From Chloroflexota bacterium (lineage in GTDB: Bacteria; Chloroflexota; Dehalococcoidia; Lucifugimonadales; SAR202-VII-2): 64,000 nt of DNA. Location of the stretch: positions 467,834 to 531,833 of the forward strand of contig QEVV01000001.1 in assembly GCA_003228115.1 (NCBI GenBank), given 5' to 3'. The notes beneath the pieces were generated by a model, which saw only the letters and a program-made list of their open reading frames with translations, ran no database searches and was not told where the DNA came from. Shown here in pieces: positions 47,450-56,561 of this stretch (positions are counted from its first letter, which is position 1; the number at the start of each line of letters is the position of its first letter). A program made the translations under genes and the position numbers.

Positions 47450-48628
47450 CTAATCCACTGGGTCAGGCAGCCATCCCCAGGGACGCGGGCCCCAGTCGGG
47501 GGTGATGACCTCGCCCCGCTTTACGGTGACGAAGGGGATCATGGCCTGTTCCACCGTCTGAGACTGGCCGTCTGAGTCGATCACTTTCCACTTGCCTTGC
47601 TGAATATCTAGGACGGTGACATCTCCCTGGTGTCCGGGCTTCAGCGTCCCCAGGCGGTCATCGGCGTTCATTGCCCTAGCGGGCTTGATTGTAGCCATCT
47701 CTATGGTCTGCTCCAACGTAAAGCCCAAGGCCATAAAGCGGGTGAGGGTCTCCACCATGCTATGCACGACTTCTCGGCCGGGGATGGTCAGGTCCGTGCT
47801 GGCGCAATCGGGGGCCATGCCTTGGTCCAGTAATCGCTGGCCCACATCGAAGCTAAAGTTGAAGCGTCCATGGCCCGTATCAAAGAGGACACCACGTTCC
47901 ACCGCCGCCTTCACCTGTGGGTAAAGCTTGCCGTTGGCATCCAGCACCCCACCGTGGTGTGAGGTGAAGAGGTGGGTGAGTATGTCCCCCTCGTCGAGGA
48001 TGTCCAACAACTCCGTCAATACTGACTTCTGCCCCACCTTGGCGTGCGGATCACCGATGTGCACCATCAACGGCAATCCCGTCTGACGCCCAATGTCCTT
48101 GGCGATGCGGGCAAGGTCCATGCCCATATTTTCCAAGGCCGGATTGACCATCCGCACCTTCAAGCCGTGGATCTGCCCCTTGTACTGGGCTGCAATCTTG
48201 ATGGCCTCGTCAGCATCTATGTCTTCGGGGCCGCGAATCTCCGGCAAGCTGACCAAGCCGTGCCGGCCGACGTGCATGAAGCAGACAACCTCTGTCTTGC
48301 AATAAGGCAACACGTATTTGGGAAAGCCGCCAAAGTTGAAGGGACCGGCGCTGCCGGCATCCACGACCGTCGTCACTCCCGCTCGGACACCGGCAGAATC
48401 TGGGTTGAGGCCTCTTGGGTTCACCGCCTCATAAACGTGGACGTGGAAGTCTATCAGGCCCGGTACAACAGTCTTCCCCGGGACACGAATGCTGCGCAGC
48501 GCTTCCGTCTCCGGGATGTCAGCCGCCACACTCGCCACAAGGCCGTCAGTAATAGCGACATCGAGGTCGGCATTGAGTCCCAGAGCAGGGTCCAAAACCC
48601 GCCCACCTTTGATGAGCAGATCGTACAT
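47450..48628 (-). CDS. Dihydroorotase-like amidohydrolase/deacetylase
   Basis: PGLIDFHVH, GVTTVVDAGSAG, GLKVR, MVHIG, THLF, DTGHG, STD. Confidence 0.87.
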   Translation of the reverse strand: MYDLLIKGGRVLDPALGLNADLDVAITDGLVASVAADIPETEALRSIRVPGKTVVPGLIDFHVHVYEAVNPRGLNPDSAGVRAGVTTVVDAGSAGPFNFGGFPKYVLPYCKTEVVCFMHVGRHGLVSLPEIRGPEDIDADEAIKIAAQYKGQIHGLKVRMVNPALENMGMDLARIAKDIGRQTGLPLMVHIGDPHAKVGQKSVLTELLDILDEGDILTHLFTSHHGGVLDANGKLYPQVKAAVERGVLFDTGHGRFNFSFDVGQRLLDQGMAPDCASTDLTIPGREVVHSMVETLTRFMALGFTLEQTIEMATIKPARAMNADDRLGTLKPGHQGDVTVLDIQQGKWKVIDSDGQSQTVEQAMIPFVTVKRGEVITPDWGPRPWGWLPDPVD

Positions 48629-48875
48629 GGCGGTCTCCTTGTAGCTTCGCTGAGCCGCCACATTGTGGCATGGGCCGTATCACGAGGCAAGGAAGCCGAT
48701 CTCTCGGCCTCCGTTGGTCAACAGATCACCTGCAAACTAGCCGTTTTCGCTGCGAACACCAACGCTTTTCACCATCGCTAGGCACCCTTTATACGACTAT
48801 CGTCCATTCTTGACAGATGCCGTTGGTGAAGCCTAAAGTTGGGCACCACTCATTCGAGGTCCATCGAGGTCCATC

Positions 48876-49112
48876 ATGGATTCCAACCAACTCAAGCTCA
48901 CGGTAGAGGCTATGCCTGACGGAGGCTTCCGAGCCACCAGTTCAGATGTCCCCGCGCTTGATGTCCAGAATGCAACCATAGCGGGAGCCATGGAAGCGGC
49001 CCAGGTGACTGTGCGGGCAATTGCCCACGAAGGCGGGAGCGAGTTGTCGCCGCTATTGAAGGCCGCTAGAACCTCCCTGCTAACACTCAAAGTCAGCATC
49101 GTAGGTGCCTGA
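48876..49112 (+). CDS. Small DUF1902/HicB-like protein
   Basis: GGFRATSSDVPALDVQNATI resembles HicB/DUF1902 N-termini. Confidence 0.55.
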   Translation: MDSNQLKLTVEAMPDGGFRATSSDVPALDVQNATIAGAMEAAQVTVRAIAHEGGSELSPLLKAARTSLLTLKVSIVGA

Positions 49113-49187
49113 CTTCTGGCACTTCCGCAGCTTCGGTAATCCTTCCGTCCCCCTTGTCCCTTACTTCCCTTTGTTCGGAGTGCGCCC

Positions 49188-49976
49188 ATGGACTTGCTAC
49201 TCGGCGACCGCATCGCCATCGTGACCGGCGGAGCGTCAAACATAGGCCGTCAGGTTGCTTTGACCCTAGCTCAGGAGGGCGCCAACGTCGCCATCTTGGA
49301 TCTCGATGAGGCCGGAGCGCAGCGGGTTGCTCAGGAAGTGAAGGCCAGTGGGGGTCAAGCTACCGGCTATGCGACCAATATTGCCGACCCAGCTATGGTC
49401 AAAGAATCCGTTGACCGCGTGGTTCACGACCTAGGGAAGATCGACATCCTGGCTAACGTAGCTGGCTGGATGTTCGACGAACTTTTCCTAGATGAGACCC
49501 TTGAGAAGCAGGAGAAGGTCGTGGGAGTGAACCTTTGGGGTCCCATGAACATGATCCGCGCCGTGCTGCCTCACATGGTGACCAGCGAGTATGGCCGGGT
49601 AATCTCCGTGGCTTCAGACGCTGGGCGGATGGGGGAGTATAAAGAGGCAGTTTACTCAGCCTGCAAGGCCGGCGTTATCGCTTTGTCAAAAGCGTTGGCA
49701 AGAGAGGTCGGACGTTACAACATCACCCTCAACTGCGTGTGTCCGGGCCTCACAATCCCGGAGGCGCCGGAAACGATCAGTGCAGGCAGTTTCTGGCATG
49801 AGAACCTCGACTTCTGGACCGATGAGCGCCAACAAAAAGCGACCAGGGCCTACCCGCTGCGCCGCCTCGGCAAGCCAGACGATGTCGCCAATATGGTGGC
49901 ATGGCTTGCCTCCGACCGCTGCTCTTACGTCACAGGCCAAACGGTCAGCGTGAGTGGTGGCTACACCATGATGTAG
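49188..49976 (+). CDS. SDR oxidoreductase (BadH-like)
   Basis: TGGASNIG, ASDAGRMG, YSACKAG, TVSVSGGYTM. Confidence 0.88.
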   Translation: MDLLLGDRIAIVTGGASNIGRQVALTLAQEGANVAILDLDEAGAQRVAQEVKASGGQATGYATNIADPAMVKESVDRVVHDLGKIDILANVAGWMFDELFLDETLEKQEKVVGVNLWGPMNMIRAVLPHMVTSEYGRVISVASDAGRMGEYKEAVYSACKAGVIALSKALAREVGRYNITLNCVCPGLTIPEAPETISAGSFWHENLDFWTDERQQKATRAYPLRRLGKPDDVANMVAWLASDRCSYVTGQTVSVSGGYTMM

Positions 49977-50085
49977 CTGCCATTGCGCATCTTTCACCGC
50001 TGCCCGCACATCTTAGATTCCGCCCCGCTACGCATACTTCCTATAGCAGGGTCTGCCCCAATAAGACCAGCCTAAAGGAACATGG

Positions 50086-51627
50086 ATGCCTTTCAAGCAG
50101 CAGACGTTTGCCCTTGGCCTCACGGCCCTTCTGGCCTTGCTGGTGGCTTGCTCTAATAGCTCGGAACCCGCCGCTACTCCTACGAGTTCTCCTGAGCCAG
50201 AGCCCTCCGCAACTTCAACGTCCTCGCCTGCGGTGAGGCCAGCGACCCCGCCATCGCCCGTGCCCACCCTTGACCCAAGAATCCCGGAGCCGCCCGCACT
50301 GGAGGGCCCTGGCCAGCTTATGCTTACCGCTCTCCAGGAAGTCATCTTCAGTTCCCAGACTGCCGCAATTGGGGAGATCCGGGAAAGTGGCGATCCCACC
50401 TATATTCCCGCACTGGTGGAACTGCTTCGGTTCAATCCCTTCTATATGCAGGACGTAACGGACAGCCTCCTTTACGCTCTGGACACGTTGTCTGCTCCCA
50501 TCGATGGAATCACCTTTTCCACGAGATTCACCTGGAGCGCCTGGGTCAAGTGGCTTGCCGAAAATTCGATTGATGCTCCACAGGGCTTCGCAGCCTGGAA
50601 AGGCTATCTGTATACGTTAGTAGACCCAGCTATGGGCGCGTTCCTCTACGAAGGTGTGCCGACCAGGATCGACATTGGTGAAGTGGTGTGGGGGGGCGTA
50701 GCCAAGGACGGGATTCCCGACCTCAGGGACCCTCCTGTCGTTTCGCCTGAGGCGGCCACCTACCTGAATCCTGACGACCGGGTATTTGGCATTTCCATAA
50801 ATGGGGAGCACCGGGCCTACCCGCACCGCATCATGAACCCCCACGAAATGGCCAACGACGTCCTTGGAGGAGTGCCCATCGCGTTAGCCTACTGAACACT
50901 CTGTGGATCGGGAATCGTGTATTCCCGCACAGTCAACGGACAGGTCACCGAGTTCGGCACCTCCGGCTTTCTCTACCGCAGTAACAAGCTCATGTACGAC
51001 CGGGCCACAAATACGCTGTGGCGTCAGTTTATAGGCGAGCCGGTGGTAGGGCCGCTGGCTTTCAGCGGCATCCAGCTAAAATTGTTTCCCGTGACCGTTA
51101 CGACCTGGGAGCAGTGGCTAGAGGAGCACCCAAACACGACTGTTCTGGATATCCAGACCGGAATATACACACCAGACAGGTACCTGCCTGAGTCGGACCC
51201 CTCTTCGATCTACCACCTTTATCGTGAGGACGCTGGCACCATGTTCCCCGTTCCGCTGGAAAGCGACCTGCTGGCCACCAAGGCCGAGGTATTCGGCTTG
51301 CTGCTTGGGGGAGAGGCAAGGGCATACGCCTTGGACAGCCTTACCGAGACTCTCGTGGTCAACGACACCTTGGGTGGCGGGGACGTGGTGATCATTACCG
51401 ACCCGAAGGCCGGAGCCGCGCGGGCGTATGAGAGCGGCGGTCACACCTTTTCAGTGGGCGAAGGCAGCATGATCGTCGACGAAAACGGGACCAGTTGGGT
51501 AGCCCGTGACGATGCATTGGTGCAGGACGACGACCCCTCCCAAGAGTTGCCGCGGCTGGACGCCCGTAACGCCTACTGGTTCGGCTGGTCCTCCAACCAC
51601 CCAGACACCTCTGTCTACGAGGACTAG
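50086..51627 (+). CDS. DUF3179 domain lipoprotein, selenoprotein (Sec at TGA 50893-50895)
   Basis: Lipobox LLVAC; WGGVAKDGIP, RAYP..HEMAND..IALAY-TGA-TLCGSG continues in frame to FGTSGFLYRSNKLMYDRAT and YWFGW...HPDT. Confidence 0.88.
50901..50932 (+). promoter_or_regulatory. Bacterial SECIS element
   Basis: CTGTG-GAT-CGGGAAT-[CGTGT]-ATTCCCG-CACAG directly 3' of the UGA. Confidence 0.8.
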
Positions 51628-51682
51628 CCAGCCCCATCGTTGCTGAGATTTTCCCTGTCGGTCTGAACAGGATGGGACAGGC

Positions 51683-52831
51683 TTACGTCCTAGGCGGATG
51701 CTGGATTCCCCGCTCCTCCAGATAGGCCCGCATCTGCGAAGCGACGCCGTTCTTCTCGCACTCTTTTTCGAAGAGGTCCAGGATACGGGGGTCCTCATCT
51801 CCGTATTCGACCTGAATGCCGCCCTTCTTGATGTCGGTATCCGCAGCCTGCACCACCGCCTTCCGCTTGTCGAAAACCGGGTAGCGGCGGCTTCCGAAGC
51901 CCAGAACGTAATAGCGGGACTGCCCGTTGGCGATATTGAAATGCTGGTGGTAGGTCGGCCCGTCCGGTGGGGCGAAAAGGACGCCAGGCCACCAGTCAAC
52001 GCGGACCGTGTCCGTGGGATCCTGCCCTTCCAGCCATAGCAGCGAATACCCCTTGCCCGTAACGCAGAAGATATGAGCACCCGCGTCGTGGCGGTGGGCC
52101 TTCTTGTATGTCCCTGGGGGAAACTCCGACATGTGAGCGCTGAGCGTGCTCTCGGCGAATATGAAATTGATCATGTTGCCGCCAGCGCCTCGCTCGTGCC
52201 ATTGTGGCAACTCGAAGTTGACGAGGTCGGGGACCAGATTGGTCTCCCACATATGCTGACCCGCCTTCACCTCGCGGAATTTTCCCTCGCCCGCAAAGTA
52301 ACTGGCATCCCCGGTGCGCTCCGGGAAGTGGTAGGGGTTGTCGAAAACGAAGCTCTCGTTGTGGAAGATGTTGAGAATCACCGGCAGGTCGGTAACGGCG
52401 GCAAACCTCGCGGGCTCAGACCCGGAGCCATTGAAGTGCTGGTGCTTGGCGTTCAAGGGAATGCCGAACGAACTGCCTTCCTGCCACTCAAATGTATGTC
52501 GAGAGCCATCGGCCAACTCAACTGATGTTGCTCCGCGGCCCTTGACCACATATATGGCCTCGTCGTAAAGGTGTTGCTCGACGTTCAGTTGCCCGCCAGG
52601 GGGAATCTCCGACACATAGGTGCTGAGGAACTCTCCGCGGCCCGCCAGGTGGACGTACGCGCCAAGCCCGCCCATGCGAGGCCAGGGCTCTAAGGGCATG
52701 TTGACGCAGTCAACGGCGTACTCTTCTACAACTGGCACGCCCTCTCGGGCCAGGAACTCTCTATAGGGGTCCCTCATGTAATACTGCTTGATCAGCTCCG
52801 GGTCTGGCGAGCCGGTCACCTCGATTGCCAT
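51683..52831 (-). CDS. Bicupin protein (gentisate dioxygenase-like fold)
   Basis: Two cupin motif sets: EQHLYDEAIYV..HQHFN and KAHRH..HQHFN; AGGAGG RBS before ATG 52831. Confidence 0.82.
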   Translation of the reverse strand: MAIEVTGSPDPELIKQYYMRDPYREFLAREGVPVVEEYAVDCVNMPLEPWPRMGGLGAYVHLAGRGEFLSTYVSEIPPGGQLNVEQHLYDEAIYVVKGRGATSVELADGSRHTFEWQEGSSFGIPLNAKHQHFNGSGSEPARFAAVTDLPVILNIFHNESFVFDNPYHFPERTGDASYFAGEGKFREVKAGQHMWETNLVPDLVNFELPQWHERGAGGNMINFIFAESTLSAHMSEFPPGTYKKAHRHDAGAHIFCVTGKGYSLLWLEGQDPTDTVRVDWWPGVLFAPPDGPTYHQHFNIANGQSRYYVLGFGSRRYPVFDKRKAVVQAADTDIKKGGIQVEYGDEDPRILDLFEKECEKNGVASQMRAYLEERGIQHPPRT

Positions 52832-53017
52832 GCTGTCCTCCTTACTGGGGAGCTGGGGCCGTTTGACAGGCCGACGATAGGGCCGACTCAGGCAGTTGTC
52901 AATTCCAAATGGCCAGGCGCGTTCCGGCAAGCCGTGACCGAGGGGCTCCATCCAACATCCCCAATTGGTGCTGGGGGTGGTATTCTGTCGGCCACCTAAT
53001 TCCAGGGAGGTCTTTCA

Positions 53018-53983
53018 ATGGAAACGTTACCGAGAGGAGCGCAGTTCGTTCGGTCCAGGATGCTGTGGGAGATAGCACTGGGCGTGGCCGGAGACCCATC
53101 CATTCCCTATTACGCGAACCGTGACGTCGCCATCTACATCGGGAACGGGTCTGGTGAGGAATTCAAGCCCTCTCTTCGCATGGCGCCTGGTTCCCCCATC
53201 CTTTCCAAGGGAATTGTCAAAGGCGATCTGGACGCCGCATTCGTCAACCCATCAGCCCTGCTAACGCAGGCATACCGTGGCACCGGTCTGTATGAAGGAG
53301 CCCCTCTTCCGGTCCGGGTCATCGCCTCTTTCCCTTCCTGGGACCGTTTCGTGATCTTGGTCAAACCCGGCCTAGGAATAACGTCGTTGGCCGACGTCAA
53401 GAACAACCGCATGCCGCTGCGCATATCCACGAGGGAAGACACCACGCACTCAACGCGTGTCTTGTTGGGGCAGTTGCTGCCAATGTACGGCTTTACCTTA
53501 GAGGACATAGAACCCTGGGGAGGCAGTATTCAACTCAATGGGCCGCCCAACGACCCACGCCGGATGGCAGAGATCCGCGAGGGCACCCTGGACATCGTTT
53601 TCGACGAGGGCGTCCCCGCCTGGCTGGATGTCGCTGTAGAACACGGCTACAAGCCTTTGGAACTGGAAGCGGGCATCATGCAGCAAATGCTGGACATTGG
53701 ATGGCGGAAGGTGATCCTGCCAAAGTCCGTCTTCAAGGGGCTGGACCGCGACTATGAAACCATCGACTACAGCGGCTGGCCGCTGTACACCCGAGAATCC
53801 TTGCCTGACGAGGTTGCCTATAGCATGTGCGCCGCTATCGGGGCCCGCGCCGACGAGATCAAGTGGGAGGATGGCGCATACACCGGACTCGATCAAATCG
53901 GTAGAGACACGGAGTCCACACCACTGGATGTACCTCTTCACCCCGGCGCCGAACGCTGGTACAAGGAGCAAGGGTACCTGTAG
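53018..53983 (+). CDS. TAXI-family solute-binding-fold protein lacking a signal peptide
   Basis: AYRGTG, GITSLADVK, LPDEVAY, VPLHPGAERWYKEQG. Confidence 0.8.
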   Translation: METLPRGAQFVRSRMLWEIALGVAGDPSIPYYANRDVAIYIGNGSGEEFKPSLRMAPGSPILSKGIVKGDLDAAFVNPSALLTQAYRGTGLYEGAPLPVRVIASFPSWDRFVILVKPGLGITSLADVKNNRMPLRISTREDTTHSTRVLLGQLLPMYGFTLEDIEPWGGSIQLNGPPNDPRRMAEIREGTLDIVFDEGVPAWLDVAVEHGYKPLELEAGIMQQMLDIGWRKVILPKSVFKGLDRDYETIDYSGWPLYTRESLPDEVAYSMCAAIGARADEIKWEDGAYTGLDQIGRDTESTPLDVPLHPGAERWYKEQGYL

Positions 53984-54001
53984 ATAGGGTAAGTACGCTG
54001 C

Positions 54002-54040
54002 TAATGAGAACGCCCGCCTCTAGGGCGGGCGTTCTCATTA
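54002..54040. terminator. Bidirectional terminator hairpin
   Basis: taatgagaacgcccgcc-tctag-ggcgggcgttctcatta between convergent genes. Confidence 0.75.
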
Positions 54041-54053
54041 TTTAGAGGGCTAT

Positions 54054-55184
54054 CTATCCAACCGCAGGCGCAGCATTGCGGAGCCGCGAGGCGGCCCCAA
54101 ACCCCGAGTGGCCGGCAAGCCATTCATCCAGTTCGGCCCGATCCCCAGGCGGGTCCGGGGGCTTAGGAACATTGCCGCCGTTGTAGACCCGAACGGCATT
54201 GCCCCAGAGCACCTTTTCGCGTGTCTCCTGAGGGACGTGCTGTAGCTCCTCAGAGACGACGACGTGGGACTCCGGCCATGTGCTGGCTGGGTGGGGGTAG
54301 TCGTGGGACCACATGAAGTTGTCTTGCCCGTATGCTTCCAGGAGGTACGAGCCAACCGCATCGCTGATGAAGGTGCTGCTGACTTGGCGATGGAAATACT
54401 CGCTAGGAAGCATAGGCAGCGGCTGGCGGCTCACCGTATAGTAGTCCAACTCTTGTAGCCAGAAGGGAATCCAGCCAACGCCGATCTCCGCGACCACGAT
54501 CAGCAAGCGCGGGTACCTTTCCAGCACGCCTGACCCGATGATGTGGAGCAAGGAATTCATCGCGTCAAGCTTATGACCATTGACCGAATGAGCTTGAGGG
54601 AGCTTGGGATTCACGATGACCGGCCTGGCTCGCGCGTTGATGTGCATACTCAACGGCATCTCCATGTCTTGTGCCGCTGCCCAGAACTCCTCGTAGTGGT
54701 CTGAGTTGTAGGGGAGCTCATCGGGCGCTGCGATCCAGACGGCAGCTCCTCGCAAGCCCCCCTTCTTGAAACGCTCCATCTCCTTGATTGCGTGGCCAAC
54801 ATTCCACAGTGACACCACGCCCAGGCCCCAGAAGCGCTCAGGCGCAACGCTGCAGAAATCCATGAGCCAGTCGTTGTAGACCTGGAAGCAAGCCTCTTCC
54901 AACTCCCAGTCGTCAGGGAATCGCACATCCAACGTACCCAGCGTGGGATACAAAACCTCAGCACTAACGCCGTCGAAGGCCATGTCTTTCAGGCGCTCAT
55001 GCGGATCCCAACCTCCGGCCCGGAGATGCTGGCTGGTTTCGAAGAGCCTGGCCGTGATCCGGGGCGCACGGTCACGAAGACTCTGCGGAAGGTTCCTATC
55101 CCAGAGGTCAGGGGGCTCCGCCATATGAGAGTCCGCCGAGACGAGAAGGTTGTTAGAGGGGGTGGTTGGAACCGGTTCCTGCAT
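54054..55184 (-). CDS. Amidohydrolase_2 family protein
   Basis: SADSH, EVLYPT, SMHI, AEIGVGWIP, WSHDYPHPASTWP. Confidence 0.88.
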   Translation of the reverse strand: MQEPVPTTPSNNLLVSADSHMAEPPDLWDRNLPQSLRDRAPRITARLFETSQHLRAGGWDPHERLKDMAFDGVSAEVLYPTLGTLDVRFPDDWELEEACFQVYNDWLMDFCSVAPERFWGLGVVSLWNVGHAIKEMERFKKGGLRGAAVWIAAPDELPYNSDHYEEFWAAAQDMEMPLSMHINARARPVIVNPKLPQAHSVNGHKLDAMNSLLHIIGSGVLERYPRLLIVVAEIGVGWIPFWLQELDYYTVSRQPLPMLPSEYFHRQVSSTFISDAVGSYLLEAYGQDNFMWSHDYPHPASTWPESHVVVSEELQHVPQETREKVLWGNAVRVYNGGNVPKPPDPPGDRAELDEWLAGHSGFGAASRLRNAAPAVG

Positions 55185-55278
55185 GGCGTTCACCTCGCTG
55201 ACCATCCATTGGAACCGAGAGCCTAGCAAGCGCAGCACATGGAGTCAATTGGGTGCGCACAGGCCAGTGGTCGACGCT

Positions 55279-56349
55279 TCAAAGAAGTCTGGGCGCCTTC
55301 TGAGGTTGTCCGGCGGGGATTAGCTTCTCCGCCTTGACACCCAGAAGGCGCACTGGACGATTCGTCTCCCAAGCCCCTGTGAGCAAAGCGGCAGCTTCCT
55401 CATTGATGTCCCCGGCCGCATCCGTAGGTTCAAAACGCGTGTGGGCCCGAGTAAGCGTCGTGAAATCGGAATAGCGCAACTTGATGCCGATGGTACGCGC
55501 TAGGACGCCCTCCTTCTGCAACTGTCCAGCTACGTCTTCGCTCATCTCCCTGATGCTCTTCAGCAACGCCTCAGCATCGGCGATGTCTTTGCCAAATGTA
55601 CGCTCGACACTACGAGACTTTGCTTCACGCTCTGTCACGACCGGGTTGAGGTCGACACCCATCGCTCGTTGGCGCATTTCGGGGCCACGTTTGCCAAAGA
55701 GTCGAGCCATAAGGTCGTCAGAGCAGGCTGCCAATTGGCCCAGGGTCTCCAGACCCTGCTTGTTGAGAACCTCTGCAGCCCTGGGGCCTATACCAGGCAT
55801 GCGGCGGACAGGCAATGGGGCCAGAAATTGCGCTTCCCGGCCTGGGGGCACTGCTAGAAATCCCTGCGGCTTGGAACTCTCGCAGGCGATCTTGGCAACA
55901 ACTTTGCTCGTTGCCACCCCAACGGAGCTTGGTAGCCCAAGGGCCACTTCGATTCGGCGTTGGACTTCCCTGCCGATCTCCCCAGCCCTATAGAAGGGAA
56001 TGCCGGAAGAAAGCTCTACATATGCTTCATCAATGGAAACCTGCTCCACCATTGGCGAGAACTCTTCCAACAAAGCCATCACCAGGCGGGACTTTTCGCT
56101 GTAGGCGCCACGGGAAAACGGCAAGATAATCAGGTCAGGACACAATTTCATGGCGGTGCGCATGGGCAGCGCTGAATGAACGCCATACTCCCGCGCAGCA
56201 TAGGAAGCGGCAGCCACGACACCTCGCCCCTCAGGACTACCGCCGACCACCACCGGTTTGCCTCGAAGGGATGGGTCCCTTAGCTCCTCAACCGACACGT
56301 AAAAAGCGTCGAGGTCCAATAGGAGAATACGCCGGTCTAGAAGCTGCAT
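55279..56349 (-). CDS. dinB: DNA polymerase IV
   Basis: DLDAFYVSVE, AASYAAREYGV, SIDEAY, KPQG, VRLLGV. Confidence 0.95.
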   Translation of the reverse strand: MQLLDRRILLLDLDAFYVSVEELRDPSLRGKPVVVGGSPEGRGVVAAASYAAREYGVHSALPMRTAMKLCPDLIILPFSRGAYSEKSRLVMALLEEFSPMVEQVSIDEAYVELSSGIPFYRAGEIGREVQRRIEVALGLPSSVGVATSKVVAKIACESSKPQGFLAVPPGREAQFLAPLPVRRMPGIGPRAAEVLNKQGLETLGQLAACSDDLMARLFGKRGPEMRQRAMGVDLNPVVTEREAKSRSVERTFGKDIADAEALLKSIREMSEDVAGQLQKEGVLARTIGIKLRYSDFTTLTRAHTRFEPTDAAGDINEEAAALLTGAWETNRPVRLLGVKAEKLIPAGQPQKAPRLL

Positions 56350-56437
56350 GGCCCCCTTCCTCCAACGAGCCTAGAGTACACAACGCCAAGCCCTCGTCCA
56401 AGGCGTCAACGGCACCTACCGCTGGTAGCTGTCAAGT

Positions 56438-56466
56438 TTGACAACCCTACTACCGGCTGCTAAATT
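56438..56466 (+). promoter_or_regulatory. Sigma70 promoter of korAB
   Basis: TTGACA-N17-TAAATT. Confidence 0.7.
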
Positions 56467-56561
56467 GTCCGATGTTACGTTCACGCGTGGCGCCCCAAAT
56501 TTTGCGAGTTGGGACAGCGTAAGCTAAGTCCCTCATAACCCCTCGTTCGCGGAGGCTGAAG

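Noticed and set aside
56350-56430. LexA box upstream of dinB
   Set aside because: No GAAC-N4-GTTC match found by eye
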